From NCBI RefSeq assembly GCF_013365475.1, contig NZ_CP046579.1, positions 240,001 through 272,000 of the forward strand: a DNA stretch of 32,000 nt, in the 5' to 3' direction. The stretch is from Candidatus Saccharimonadota bacterium (lineage in GTDB: Bacteria; Pseudomonadota; Alphaproteobacteria; Rickettsiales; Anaplasmataceae). A program made the translations under genes and the position numbers. The notes under the pieces are model-generated. The model worked only from the letters and a program-made list of their open reading frames with translations. It had not been told where the DNA came from and did no database searches. Positions 20,468-30,001 of the stretch are shown one piece after another. Every line of letters starts with the position of its first letter. Positions within the stretch are counted from its first letter, which is position 1.

Positions 20468-21247
20468 ATGAGCTTAACTAAGAAAACAGAGTTAAGAAAG
20501 TTGGAGGAATTAAAGAAAAGCTGGTTAGTGAGAATAGGAAGGTTTTTATCTTCATTATTTTTTTTACTTCTAGTAGCACTATCAATACGTAGTTTTCTAT
20601 TTGAGCCATTTCATATCCCTTCTGGATCAATGAAAAGTACTTTGCTTGAGGGAGATTATATTTTTACTAGTAAATATTCGTATGGTTACAGCAAATATTC
20701 CTTTCCATTTTCTCCAAATGTTTTTGACGGAAGAATCTTTTATACCCCTCCAAAACGTGGTGATATAATAGTTTTTAAGCCTGTAAGGAATAATAGCATC
20801 AGGTTCATCAAGCGGGTAATAGGAGTGCCAGGTGATAAAGTTCAAATGATAGAAGGAGAATTATATCTCAATAATCAGAAAGTAGAGCGAAAGCAAATTG
20901 TAGATTTCTTTGATTATGAATCAAACCGCAGAATACCAAGGTATATAGAAACTCTCCCAGATAAGAAAGAATACGAGATCCTGTTAGATGACATCTATAA
21001 CAAACTATCATATAATAGTCCAACTTATTATGTACCTAACAATCAATTTTTTGTTTTGGGAGATAATAGAAACAATTCCTTTGATAGCAGGTTTCCTGAA
21101 ATTGGTTTTATACCAATGGAAAACATAATTGGACGTGTAAACATAGTTGGTTTATCATTTAAGTTAAAAAGAGTTGATTGGTTACCGTTTAATTTTAGAA
21201 TACCTGTCGCACTTCGGTTGGATAGAGTATTACACAATGTCATGTAA
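20468..21247 (+). CDS. lepB: Signal peptidase I
   Basis: N-terminal anchor followed by SGSMKSTL (catalytic Ser box), RFIKRVIGVPGDKV (Lys box) and GDNRNNSFDSRF. I prefer the ATG of MSLTKK at 20468; the track uses a TTG at 20447. Confidence 0.9.
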   Translation: MSLTKKTELRKLEELKKSWLVRIGRFLSSLFFLLLVALSIRSFLFEPFHIPSGSMKSTLLEGDYIFTSKYSYGYSKYSFPFSPNVFDGRIFYTPPKRGDIIVFKPVRNNSIRFIKRVIGVPGDKVQMIEGELYLNNQKVERKQIVDFFDYESNRRIPRYIETLPDKKEYEILLDDIYNKLSYNSPTYYVPNNQFFVLGDNRNNSFDSRFPEIGFIPMENIIGRVNIVGLSFKLKRVDWLPFNFRIPVALRLDRVLHNVM

Positions 21248-21251
21248 AATT

Positions 21252-23026
21252 TTATCTGTTTGTTAGCTTGTATAGCTCTAGAGAGAGGTTTTCTAATTCA
21301 GTAATGGCATTATTGATTTTGTTTATGTCATTTCCCTGTAAGGCGTTTTTTGCATTTTGTAACAGATCTTTCAACTTCTTGTCATCAAAAAGGTCATTAT
21401 TGCTCTCAATCAAGTATATAAACTTGCTCCCATTAATTTTTGCTTCTGCAAGAGAACGAGCTTTCATATCCTTATCGAAGTTATCTATTGATTGGTTTAC
21501 CATATCTTGGATGTCTACTTCACTTAATCCAAAACTTGAGTTTATTTTAACTGTTTGTTCAATACCAGTGCTTTTTTCTCTTGCAGTAACATCTAGTACA
21601 CCATCGGCATTTACTGTGAATTCTATTTCAATCTTTGCAGAACCTGCGGGTAGTGGTGGTATACCATTTAACTCAAACTGTGCTAAAGACTTATTATCTT
21701 CTATCATTTCACGTTCGCCTTGGCAGACATGAATTTTCATTGCTGTTTGTCCATGAGAATAAGTTGTGAACTCTTTTGTTTCTGAAACTGGTAATGGTGT
21801 ATTTCTTGGTATGATTTTTTCGACTATTCCTCCCATAGTTTCTACACCAAGTGATAATGGCAGAACATCGAGAAGGATATTCTTTTCTTTCGAACTAGAA
21901 GTCAAAAAATGAGCCTGCAAAGCCGCTCCAATAACAACTGCTTTATCTGGATCCACATTGCTTAATATTTTACTTCCAAAGAGTGTAATTAGTGAATTTT
22001 GCACTAGTGGTACTCTAGTTGCCCCCCAACTAAAATTACTCCTTCTATATTATCAGTTTTGAGATTTATGTCTCGTATAGTACGAGTAACTATACTGATA
22101 GTCTTATTAACTAAAGGAGCAATTGCCTGTTCAAATTCTTCCTTGATAATTTTGCATTTAAATAATTCACCATTGATGTTAAAGCTAAAAATTCCTGATG
22201 TGTTTTTACTTAGGTATTCTTTTGCAATGCGTGTGTTGTGAATTCCAATGTTACATATTGGAGTGATATCGTAATGTTCTTTGCTTAAACCTGACCTTTC
22301 TCTATACTTAGATAGCACAATTGAACTTAGTGAGTGATCAAAATCATCACCACCAAGTTCAGTATCACCACCAACCGCAAGGACTTGAAATACTCCTTGA
22401 TGCAATTTTAATATTGAGATATCAAATGTCCCACCCCCGAGATCATAAACTGCATATATTCCACTGTTATTATTCTTTTCAATCGAATAAGAAAGAGCAG
22501 CAGCAGTTGGTTCATTAATAAGGCGAAGAACCTCTATGCCAGCAAGTTTTGCTGCATATTTAGTTGCATTACGTGCTGAATCATCAAAGTAAGCTGGCAC
22601 AGTAATTACTGCTTTCTTTACCTGCATTCCTATAGATTTTTTTGTTCTTTCACATAAAGCTTTTAGTATCTCAGCAGAAATCTCAATAGGAGTAAGGTAC
22701 TTATCCTCTGCACATTTTACCCTAATAACTTTTTCACTCTCATCATCTATTTCAAAATTGATGTATTCCCTATTCAAGTCTTTAATGCTTTTACCCATTA
22801 AACGTTTTATGGAGTATATTGCACCTGAGCCAACATCATAGCCTGTCTTCAATATGTTGTTTTCATATGAAATAACAGAGGGCAGTAGTTCTCTTCCTTG
22901 CTCATCTTTAAATATTTCTACATTGCCAGCTTTATTGACTGCTGCGATTAGAGAATTAGTAGTACCAAGGTCTATACCGAAAACTACTTCGCTTAAATTT
23001 GGTTCAGAAATTTGAATTGATCTCAC
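21252..23026 (-). pseudogene. hscA: Fe-S cluster chaperone HscA (Hsp70 family), split into two ORFs by a frameshift in a G6 tract
   Basis: The N-terminal ORF 22004..23026 (QISEP..GIDLGTTNS.., DLGGGTFD) ends ..ILVGGQLEYH*. The C-terminal ORF 21252..22004 carries the substrate-binding and lid domains. Shifting frame at the run CCCCCC (plus strand 22022-22027) restores ILVGG-ATRVPLVQNSLITLFG, the conserved Hsp70 GG(S/A)TR(I/V)P motif. GTG start at 23026. Confidence 0.8.
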
Positions 23027-23462
23027 TTTCTTTTACCTTCTCAAGTGACTTATGTAAGTACTTCAATCTTAAAACCTGCGTTGCAGCTTCAGCAAAATTT
23101 TTTGCAGCAAAAGCATTAGTTAAATTTTTAGTGCAATCTTTTATTCTTTCATCAATCATACTGCTTACAAGTTGCAGATCATTGCAATCTAGTAAATACT
23201 CTCTTATTTCCATTGATTCATTTAATATCTCAGGACTTGTGTAATTCTCTTGGCTTTTTATGCCAAAAAGATAAAGCAAGTGCTCAGCCCGTTTTAGCGG
23301 GGACTTAAGCACTTGGTAAGCTTTGTTTATGTTTTTCATGTTTTTGGACTCTCTTTCATTTATATCAACCCTGCTTAATTCAATATATTTTTTTTCCAGC
23401 TCATCAAAGTTGATATTGAAAGCTTGATCGATTTTAAGTGTTGTAAAATAGTTGCTAAACAT
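23004..23462 (-). CDS. hscB: Fe-S cluster co-chaperone HscB (J-type), lacking the HPD tripeptide
   Basis: NYFTTLKIDQAFNIN.DELEKKY ... INKAYQVLKSPLKRAEHLL is a J-domain-like N-terminus. The C-terminal helical bundle is typical of HscB. Its position between iscA and hscA fits. The ATG at 23462 overlaps the iscA stop (ATGTTTAG); the track ORF extends to 23498. Confidence 0.75.
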   Translation of the reverse strand: MFSNYFTTLKIDQAFNINFDELEKKYIELSRVDINERESKNMKNINKAYQVLKSPLKRAEHLLYLFGIKSQENYTSPEILNESMEIREYLLDCNDLQLVSSMIDERIKDCTKNLTNAFAAKNFAEAATQVLRLKYLHKSLEKVKESEINSNF

Positions 23463-23859
23463 AAAAACTCTTTCCACAACCACATTTCCCTTTTTCATTA
23501 GGGTTTTTAAAAATAAAACCAGACGAGAATTTCCCCTCTACATAATCCATTTCAGAGCCAAGGATAAACATTACAGATTTCGGATCGATCAGTACCTTGA
23601 TTTTTTGACCGTTATTGCAGACTTCTTCAATTATTGATTCCAAAGGGCGGACATCATATGCATATTCAATATCATACTTTAAACCAGAACATCCTTTTTG
23701 CTTAATTAGTACCCTTATCCCTATCGCTTCCTTTGATTTTTTAAAGTTATCATGTTGTTTTTGATCCAATAAATACCTTATCTTCTCCGTTGCATTTTTA
23801 GTGATGGTTATTGCTTTTTTATTTTTTTCTACAGTACTTACTTTTTGATACTCACCCAT
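23455..23859 (-). CDS. iscA: Iron-sulfur cluster assembly protein IscA/ErpA (HesB family)
   Basis: GIRVLIKQKGCSGLKYDIEY and the C-terminal CGCGKSF cysteine motif. Confidence 0.85.
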   Translation of the reverse strand: MGEYQKVSTVEKNKKAITITKNATEKIRYLLDQKQHDNFKKSKEAIGIRVLIKQKGCSGLKYDIEYAYDVRPLESIIEEVCNNGQKIKVLIDPKSVMFILGSEMDYVEGKFSSGFIFKNPNEKGKCGCGKSFYV

Positions 23860-23865
23860 AACTTC

Positions 23866-24258
23866 TTAGCTATTATTTTTACTTTGTTTACTTTGATAAT
23901 CATGGATAGCAGCTTTTATAGCATCTTCAGCAAGTACAGAACAGTGTATCTTTACTGGGGGTAAAGATAATTCTTCTACTATTTTGGTATTCTTTATCTG
24001 TGTTACACTTTCAATAGTTTTCCCTTTTATCATCTCTGTAAGTAGAGAGCTTGAAGCAATAGCAGAACCACAACCAAAAGTTTTAAATTTCGCATCTTCA
24101 ATAACACCTTTGTCATTCACCTTTATTTGTAACTTCATAACATCGCCGCATGATGGTGCCCCTACTAAACCAGTACCAACATTGGGATCATTCTTATCTA
24201 GAGAACCAACATTCCTTGGATTTTCATAATGATCTAGAATTTTTTCATTATAACTCAT
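23866..24258 (-). CDS. iscU: Fe-S cluster scaffold protein IscU
   Basis: MSYNEKILDHYENPRNVGSL, GAPSCGDVMKLQI, FKTFGCGSAIASSS and HCSVLAEDAIKAA are the canonical IscU motifs. I prefer the ATG at 24258; the track extends to 24270. Confidence 0.9.
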   Translation of the reverse strand: MSYNEKILDHYENPRNVGSLDKNDPNVGTGLVGAPSCGDVMKLQIKVNDKGVIEDAKFKTFGCGSAIASSSLLTEMIKGKTIESVTQIKNTKIVEELSLPPVKIHCSVLAEDAIKAAIHDYQSKQSKNNS

Positions 24259-24383
24259 AAGATTACGCATAAACCATTATTTTATAGTCTAACACACTTA
24301 ATTTAGAAACTAAAGAAAAAACACTCATAAATAGTGCGTTTTACTAAAAAAAATACATATAAGCAAATGCATTGACTTTACAA

Positions 24384-24400
24384 TACATGTAGTACATGTA
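24384..24400. promoter_or_regulatory. Perfect 17-nt palindrome TACATGTA-G-TACATGTA in the iscU/ftsY divergent intergenic region (candidate operator)
   Basis: Read directly from the sequence. Each 8-mer is itself palindromic, so the element is both a tandem repeat and an 8+1+8 inverted repeat. It lies ~40 nt upstream of the ftsY TTG and ~125 nt upstream of the iscU ATG. Confidence 0.3.
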
Positions 24401-24439
24401 ATCCTTTACATTAAATTTAAATTTTAAGGGGATATTTGC

Positions 24440-25351
24440 TTGAATTTGTTCAATAATCTTTATAAGGGCTTGTTGAAAACTTCTTCTCACTTTAGCAGTA
24501 GAATGAAGAGCATTTTTCCTGGCAAGAAAAAGCTAGACCAGTTGCTTCTAGATGAGCTAGAGGAGCTGTTAATTAGCATGGATATTGGTTATAAAACTTC
24601 TAAGCTAATTATTGATAGGCTTGCAAGCATCAAATTTAATAAAGAAGTTGAACATAAAGTTGTGACTCAGCAACTAATGAATGAAATAGAAAATATATTA
24701 AATCCTGTTGTGCAACCATTAATTTTGAGCAGGAAACCACATATAATTATGGTGTGTGGAGTGAATGGTAATGGTAAAACCACAACTATAGGCAAACTTG
24801 CGCATAAGTATAAAAGAATGGGGAAATCTGTCGTGCTGGTCGCATGTGATACATTTAGAGCTGCTGCTAGTGAACAATTAGGCATTTGGGCTGAACGTTC
24901 TGGTTGCTCTATTCTCACTGGAGAATATGGCAGCGATTCTGCAAGCATAGCATATAGAGCTGTGAGTCAAGCTATAGAAAACAAAGCTGATATCGTTCTA
25001 ATTGACACAGCAGGCAGGTTACAGAATAATGTAAATCTTATGGAAGAATTATCAAAAATACATAGAACAGTAAAAAAATTAGATTATACTGCCCCTCATG
25101 ATATTATTTTAATTCTTGATGCGACTACTGGCCAAAATGCTTATAGTCAACTGGAGATATTTAATAAGATGATAAATGTGACAGGGATAATCATGACAAA
25201 GCTAGATGGTACTGCTAAGGGTGGAGTAGTGATTGGGCTTGCAGAAATTTATAAAGTAAAGTTGCATGCAATAGGGGTTGGCGAAAGTGTAGAAGATTTA
25301 AGGGAATTTACTAGTAAGGAATTTGTCAAGGCTTTATTTGATTATAATTGA
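24440..25351 (+). CDS. ftsY: Signal recognition particle receptor FtsY (short form, NG domain only)
   Basis: LEELLISMDIG (N domain) and the GTPase boxes GVNGNGKTTTIGKLA, DTAGRL and TKLDGTAKGG. TTG start at 24440. Confidence 0.9.
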   Translation: MNLFNNLYKGLLKTSSHFSSRMKSIFPGKKKLDQLLLDELEELLISMDIGYKTSKLIIDRLASIKFNKEVEHKVVTQQLMNEIENILNPVVQPLILSRKPHIIMVCGVNGNGKTTTIGKLAHKYKRMGKSVVLVACDTFRAAASEQLGIWAERSGCSILTGEYGSDSASIAYRAVSQAIENKADIVLIDTAGRLQNNVNLMEELSKIHRTVKKLDYTAPHDIILILDATTGQNAYSQLEIFNKMINVTGIIMTKLDGTAKGGVVIGLAEIYKVKLHAIGVGESVEDLREFTSKEFVKALFDYN

Positions 25352-26588
25352 GATTTTCTCAACTTTTTATAGCATAGCAAAGTGCGATCATTTTGGTGTG
25401 TAAAGTGTTTTTTACAGTAGATTCTTGAAAAAGAGGAGACCTCAAAAATCACCTGATGGTTCCTGTATCCTGTTCTATGGAAGGCTCAAGTGTGCTCCTT
25501 TTTATGTTTTTGCAAAAAAATATCTTTCAAATGAGTATTTAATAATGTAACGATAATAATCAATATTTATTGAATCACTGCTCTTTTAGTTTTTCTATAT
25601 TATTTACTTTGACTATCTAACGCTTTGATTTCTATCAGAATCAGTATGTAATTCTCGGTTCCTGACAAATGCAACATCATTATAATGATGACCTTATTAT
25701 CAAACGTTGATAGAACATTTTAGGCAACATTGAAAAACAGTAACTAGTTCTTATCCAACCCTCAAAAGGTACAGTATTCATCATGTATTCCAAATTTTGG
25801 ACTTAGCTTAGTTTTTGCACTTTTAGTTGCGTCGTTAACTATTTAAAGAGAAAATATCATGCTATTTTTCAAAAACGACCAATTCATGATTGGAGTCTGC
25901 AAGCTTATATTACAACTTAATACCTAAGTAATTTTATTATTGCACATTATTTATTATATGGACTATATATACCAGTGATTAGAGTTTTTATTTTTCTAAA
26001 TTTTACTACTATATCAAATAAAGATACTCTGTGGATAAAGCTTAATTTAAGTTCTCCTATCTTGGCTTTCCTTTTATGGTTCCTGTACTGACGCATGTAG
26101 TCATTAAAAGAAGGATCAACATTGTGATTTTCAGAAAGTGTAGATTATGTAAATTTAAGTTTTTGCAAATTTTAATGATTGTATCTTGAACATATCCAAC
26201 AAAACTAATCTGATTCTTTCCATTTCCATCGGAAATAATCTACAATTAAAAGTTTCACCACCTAATAATAACTTCATTAGATGAAGTAGAGATTGTTCTG
26301 CTTTTCCCTATCTTTACCGATATTTTTTAGTGACTGTGTTGCAATCATTAATATGAACACATCTTTCTGATACCTGGTAGTACTATTACCGGGGAACTAA
26401 CATGTACAAGTCTTATGGAAATTAGGACTGCTTTTCATTATTATAATGGAAATAGCTGTATTAGGCAAAGTGAGTTTGGATGGCACACTTAAAAACCTTA
26501 TAACATTTAAGATAATCTTCGTAAATTGAGGCTATGCATTCAGATATTTTATAATGTGCATTTATGGTGTAGAAATTTCATAATCTAT

Positions 26589-26616
26589 TTGACTTAGACT
26601 ATTTGTTGTATAGAGT
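26589..26616 (+). promoter_or_regulatory. Possible sigma-70-type promoter for rpsP
   Basis: TTGACT (26589-26594), a 16-nt spacer, then TAGAGT (26611-26616). An AAAGG lies 5 nt before the rpsP ATG at 26646. This is a motif match only. Confidence 0.25.
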
Positions 26617-26645
26617 TATAAATAATAATATGAGTAAAGGTTAAC

Positions 26646-26960
26646 ATGGCAGTCAAGATAAGGTTAGCAAGGATTGGTAAAAAAAAACGTCCTTTTTATA
26701 GGATAATTGTAGCTGATTCTCGTGCACCAAGAAATGGACGTTTTATTGAAAGAATAGGGCAGTATGACCCAATGTTAGCAAAAGACGATAGAAATCGTGT
26801 TATGATAAAAGCTGATAGATTAGAGTATTGGCTAGATGTAGGTGCACAAGCAACTGAAAGAGTGTTATGGCTTATTAAAAATGGCTTTCTGGATTTAGAA
26901 GCAAAAAAAAAGGTAGAGCTAAAGGGAACAGAAAAAAACAAGAGGCATAAATCTCTTTAA
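26646..26960 (+). CDS. rpsP: 30S ribosomal protein S16
   Basis: [42 protein letters not shown] is the canonical S16 N-terminus. It has a short basic C-terminal extension. Confidence 0.95.
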   Translation: MAVKIRLARIGKKKRPFYRIIVADSRAPRNGRFIERIGQYDPMLAKDDRNRVMIKADRLEYWLDVGAQATERVLWLIKNGFLDLEAKKKVELKGTEKNKRHKSL

Positions 26961-27994
26961 TGCTATCAGTAAATAATGATGTATTAGATAATATTTTATC
27001 TTCTGATTTGTCAGCTATGAAAGATTTTATCTTTAGTAGTGTTGACAATGAAGATATTAAGCTTGCTACCGACATTATATCTCACCTTGTTAAATCAGGT
27101 GGAAAGAAAATCAGGCCTAAGCTTGTTTTTGTCATATGCAAAATGCTAGGCTATTCCGGAAAGGATAGGATTAAAATTGCTGCGTCAGTAGAATTTATAC
27201 ATAATGCCACTTTGCTACATGATGATGTACTAGACAGAAGTGAAGTACGACATGGAGTTAGGGCAGCAAATAAGATTTGGGGAGACAAATCAAGCATTTT
27301 AGTAGGTGATTTATTATTAACTCTAGCGTTTAGATGGCTCATAGAATGCAGAGATCTAAATATCCTTTCTATTCTCTCTAAAGCGTCACGCTTACTTGTG
27401 AGTGGTGAAATAAAGCAGATGACAACGTGCTTTGACCCTTATTCTATTAGAGAAAGTTATTTCGATATTATTGGGAAAAAGACAGCATCTTTGTTTTCCG
27501 CGTGTTGTGAAGCCGCATCTGTAATATCTGATGCTACAAATGAGGAAACAGAAAGCCTAAAAAATTTTGGATTTAACTTTGGTATAGCATTTCAAATAAT
27601 TGATGATATGCTTGATTATACTGCTAATCAAAATACTTCTGGAAAACAAATCGGAAAAGATTTTTTTGAGGGCAAAGTCACTTTGCCTGTTATCATAGCA
27701 TATGAGAAAAGCAGCCTAGAAGAGCAAAAATTTTGGGAAAAATGTTTTTCTTCATCTAAGCGTGATTTCGATCAAGCATTATACTATATTAATCAACACG
27801 ATGCCATTGAGCTTTCTATAGAAGAAGCAAAACATTATATCAACATAGCACTTGATAATATCAGTATTTTCCCCGATTCTCCTTGCAAAACTGCTTTAAT
27901 TAATCTCTTAAATGTTAGTACTAGCATAAAGAGACGGACTAGTCTAGTTCTTGATATTTTTAGATTAGTTGCTATATATTTATTAGGTTCTTGA
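26960..27994 (+). CDS. ispB: Octaprenyl-diphosphate (long-chain polyprenyl) synthase
   Basis: GGKKIRP, the first Asp-rich motif LLHDDVLD and the second FQIIDDMLD. The ATG overlaps the rpsP stop (TAATG). Confidence 0.85.
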   Translation: MLSVNNDVLDNILSSDLSAMKDFIFSSVDNEDIKLATDIISHLVKSGGKKIRPKLVFVICKMLGYSGKDRIKIAASVEFIHNATLLHDDVLDRSEVRHGVRAANKIWGDKSSILVGDLLLTLAFRWLIECRDLNILSILSKASRLLVSGEIKQMTTCFDPYSIRESYFDIIGKKTASLFSACCEAASVISDATNEETESLKNFGFNFGIAFQIIDDMLDYTANQNTSGKQIGKDFFEGKVTLPVIIAYEKSSLEEQKFWEKCFSSSKRDFDQALYYINQHDAIELSIEEAKHYINIALDNISIFPDSPCKTALINLLNVSTSIKRRTSLVLDIFRLVAIYLLGS

Positions 27995-28004
27995 GAATAT
28001 TGAT

Positions 28005-28595
28005 ATGTCAGATAGTAATAAGGAAAAAAGGAAGAAGTTTACTGATATGGTAAATGAGCAGAAAAGCGAAGATAAGAGAGATGACAATAACCAAGTTGTT
28101 AGTCTAGAAGAAAGCTTCCTCGTCTTAAAGGAACGAGCAGCTCAACTTGAGGATCATTTACGCCGTGCTGTTGCGGACAATGAGAACATTAAGCGCATAA
28201 TGCAAAAGCAAATCAGCGATGCAAGTGATTATGCAGTTACTCAGTTTGCACGTGATATAATAGATTTGTGTGACAATTTAAAAAGAGTAATGGAAAACCT
28301 GAAAGGTGGTGATCCTGTTCATGAAGGAATTAAAGTGGCTCATCAAAAAATTATGAGTGATCTTAAAAAACACGGGATAAAGGAAATGGATCCAATTGGA
28401 GAACTCTTTGATAGTAATTTACATCAAGCTGTTGTGGAGAGAGAGGATAATGAAAAAGAGGTTGGTACTATTGTTGAGGTTTTACAAACAGGGTTTACTA
28501 TTAAAACTAGATTGCTTCGTCCTGCAATGGTTGTTATTTCCAAGAAGTCGTCTGCTAGTTGTAAAAAACAATTAGCAAAACAAAACAATGTGTAG
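28005..28595 (+). CDS. grpE: Nucleotide exchange factor GrpE
   Basis: Coiled-coil LEDHLRRAVADNENIKRI followed by FARDIIDLCDNLKRV and the C-terminal beta domain HQAV...EVLQTGF.I..RLLRPAMV. Confidence 0.9.
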   Translation: MSDSNKEKRKKFTDMVNEQKSEDKRDDNNQVVSLEESFLVLKERAAQLEDHLRRAVADNENIKRIMQKQISDASDYAVTQFARDIIDLCDNLKRVMENLKGGDPVHEGIKVAHQKIMSDLKKHGIKEMDPIGELFDSNLHQAVVEREDNEKEVGTIVEVLQTGFTIKTRLLRPAMVVISKKSSASCKKQLAKQNNV

Positions 28596-29586
28596 TATTG
28601 TTTTTTCAGGTGTTCAACCAAGTGGTATACTGCACTTGGGTAATTATCTTGGTGCACTTAAGCAGTGGATAGGTTTGCAGGATAAATATAAATCTCTCTT
28701 TTGTATTGTTGATATGCATGCAATCACAGCCAGTAAACTTTCTGCGAATGAATTAAAAAGTAATATTTTAAAAACGGCAGCAGTTTATATCGCGTGTGGA
28801 ATAGACCCAGAGAAGTCCATTATTTTTAGTCAGTCTACAGTTAGTAGCCATACTAAGCTAGGTTGGTTGCTTGGGTGCTATACACCGGTTAATTGGCTTA
28901 ATCGTATGACTCAATTCAAAGAGAAAGTTGGTATTGATAAACGAAAAGCCTCTTTGGGATTATATAGTTACCCAGTACTTATGGCTGCAGATATACTACT
29001 ATATCGAACCAGATATGTTCCTGTTGGTGATGATCAGAAACAACATTTAGAGCTTGCACGTAATATTGCGTTAGCTTTTAATAATCACTATAAGTTCAAT
29101 TATTTTGTTATGCCGGAAGTCCTAACTTCAAATCAAACATCGAGGATAATGAGCTTAAGAGATGGTACAAATAAGATGAGTAAATCTGACCCTTCGGAAT
29201 ATTCTTGCATTAACCTTGATGATACAGATGATTTAATTATTAAAAAAATAGAAAAAGCAAAAACAGATTCAATACTAGGCTTTGATTTTGCTACTTTAAA
29301 ATATCGTCCAGAGGTAAACAATTTGTTAAATATTTATTCAACACTCAGCAATTTTGATATAAATGAAGTATGTGAAGAGATGAGTAAGCATGATATGAAG
29401 TATTTTAAAAAAGAGTTAGCTGATTTAATCATTAGTGTTGTATCGCCAATGCGTGAGAGAATTGATGATCTTTTAAAAGACCAATCTTATTTGTATGAAG
29501 TATTAAAGAGTGGTACAGAAAAAGCAGAAGAGATTGCGAACTATAGCATAAAAGAAATTAAAGATATTATAGGGTTCATTCAATAG
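28588..29586 (+). CDS. trpS: Tryptophanyl-tRNA synthetase
   Basis: Carries the class I signatures: VFSGVQPSGILHLGNYLGA (HIGH-type) and KMSKS. GDDQKQHLELAR is also present. It overlaps the grpE end by 8 nt. Confidence 0.9.
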   Translation: MCSIVFSGVQPSGILHLGNYLGALKQWIGLQDKYKSLFCIVDMHAITASKLSANELKSNILKTAAVYIACGIDPEKSIIFSQSTVSSHTKLGWLLGCYTPVNWLNRMTQFKEKVGIDKRKASLGLYSYPVLMAADILLYRTRYVPVGDDQKQHLELARNIALAFNNHYKFNYFVMPEVLTSNQTSRIMSLRDGTNKMSKSDPSEYSCINLDDTDDLIIKKIEKAKTDSILGFDFATLKYRPEVNNLLNIYSTLSNFDINEVCEEMSKHDMKYFKKELADLIISVVSPMRERIDDLLKDQSYLYEVLKSGTEKAEEIANYSIKEIKDIIGFIQ

Positions 29587-30001
29587 GTTATAAATATAAA
29601 AAAGGCAAGTACAAACTTATGTGTATTGTTTTTCTTCTGTTTTTTTATATTCATTAATGCTTGAGGTAACTATAAATAAAGTTTAGAGTACTTAGTATGG
29701 CATTTCTTTTATCTTAAAATTGAAGTAAAGATTCAGAAGATGTGAAGCACGTATATAATAGCTGTGTATATCTGTATATAAAAATATACTAATATTTTAT
29801 TAAATTTAGCTGCTTGCTAAAGAGGTATGTAAACAAAAGTAGGTTTTGAGTTCTTCAAATATATCTACTCTCAGCAGAGTGTGATTTTAGTATGATAGAG
29901 TAATTTTTCGCTGCTTACTAAAACAAGACTAAGTGGAACTTACTTCTTTCTTTACATAGGTTTTAATGTTACCATTTTATAATCTGTTCTTGATTTATAG
30001 G

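Noticed and set aside
21245-21254. lepB and hscA converge with only 4 nt between their stop codons and no terminator hairpin
   Set aside because: Tight convergent junctions are common in compact genomes. By itself this gives no evidence of a special mechanism beyond possible antisense read-through.
24372-24402. TTGACT upstream of ftsY as the -35 box of a sigma-70 promoter
   Set aside because: No acceptable -10 hexamer lies at 16-18 nt spacing. The nearest TATAAT-like string, TGTAAT, is 19 nt away. I did not report it as a promoter feature.
912-27342. Many 60-156 aa ORFs in the track lie antisense to or nested within long genes. Examples are 912..1154, 1229..1624, 2264..2707, 3119..3301, 6580..7272, 8172..8435, 10161..10631, 10991..11589, 13585..13827, 15456..15725, 16182..16487, 17007..17380, 20627..21243, 21268..21732, 22059..22518, 22999..23244, 23452..23637, 23984..24229, 24667..24948, 26696..27075, 27151..27342, 28424..28657, 29133..29321 and 30993..31211.
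   Set aside because: Each overlaps a longer ORF on the other strand or frame that has clear family motifs. Their translations are low-complexity (Leu/Ile/Ser/Phe-rich) shadows of AT-rich coding sequence with no recognisable domains.
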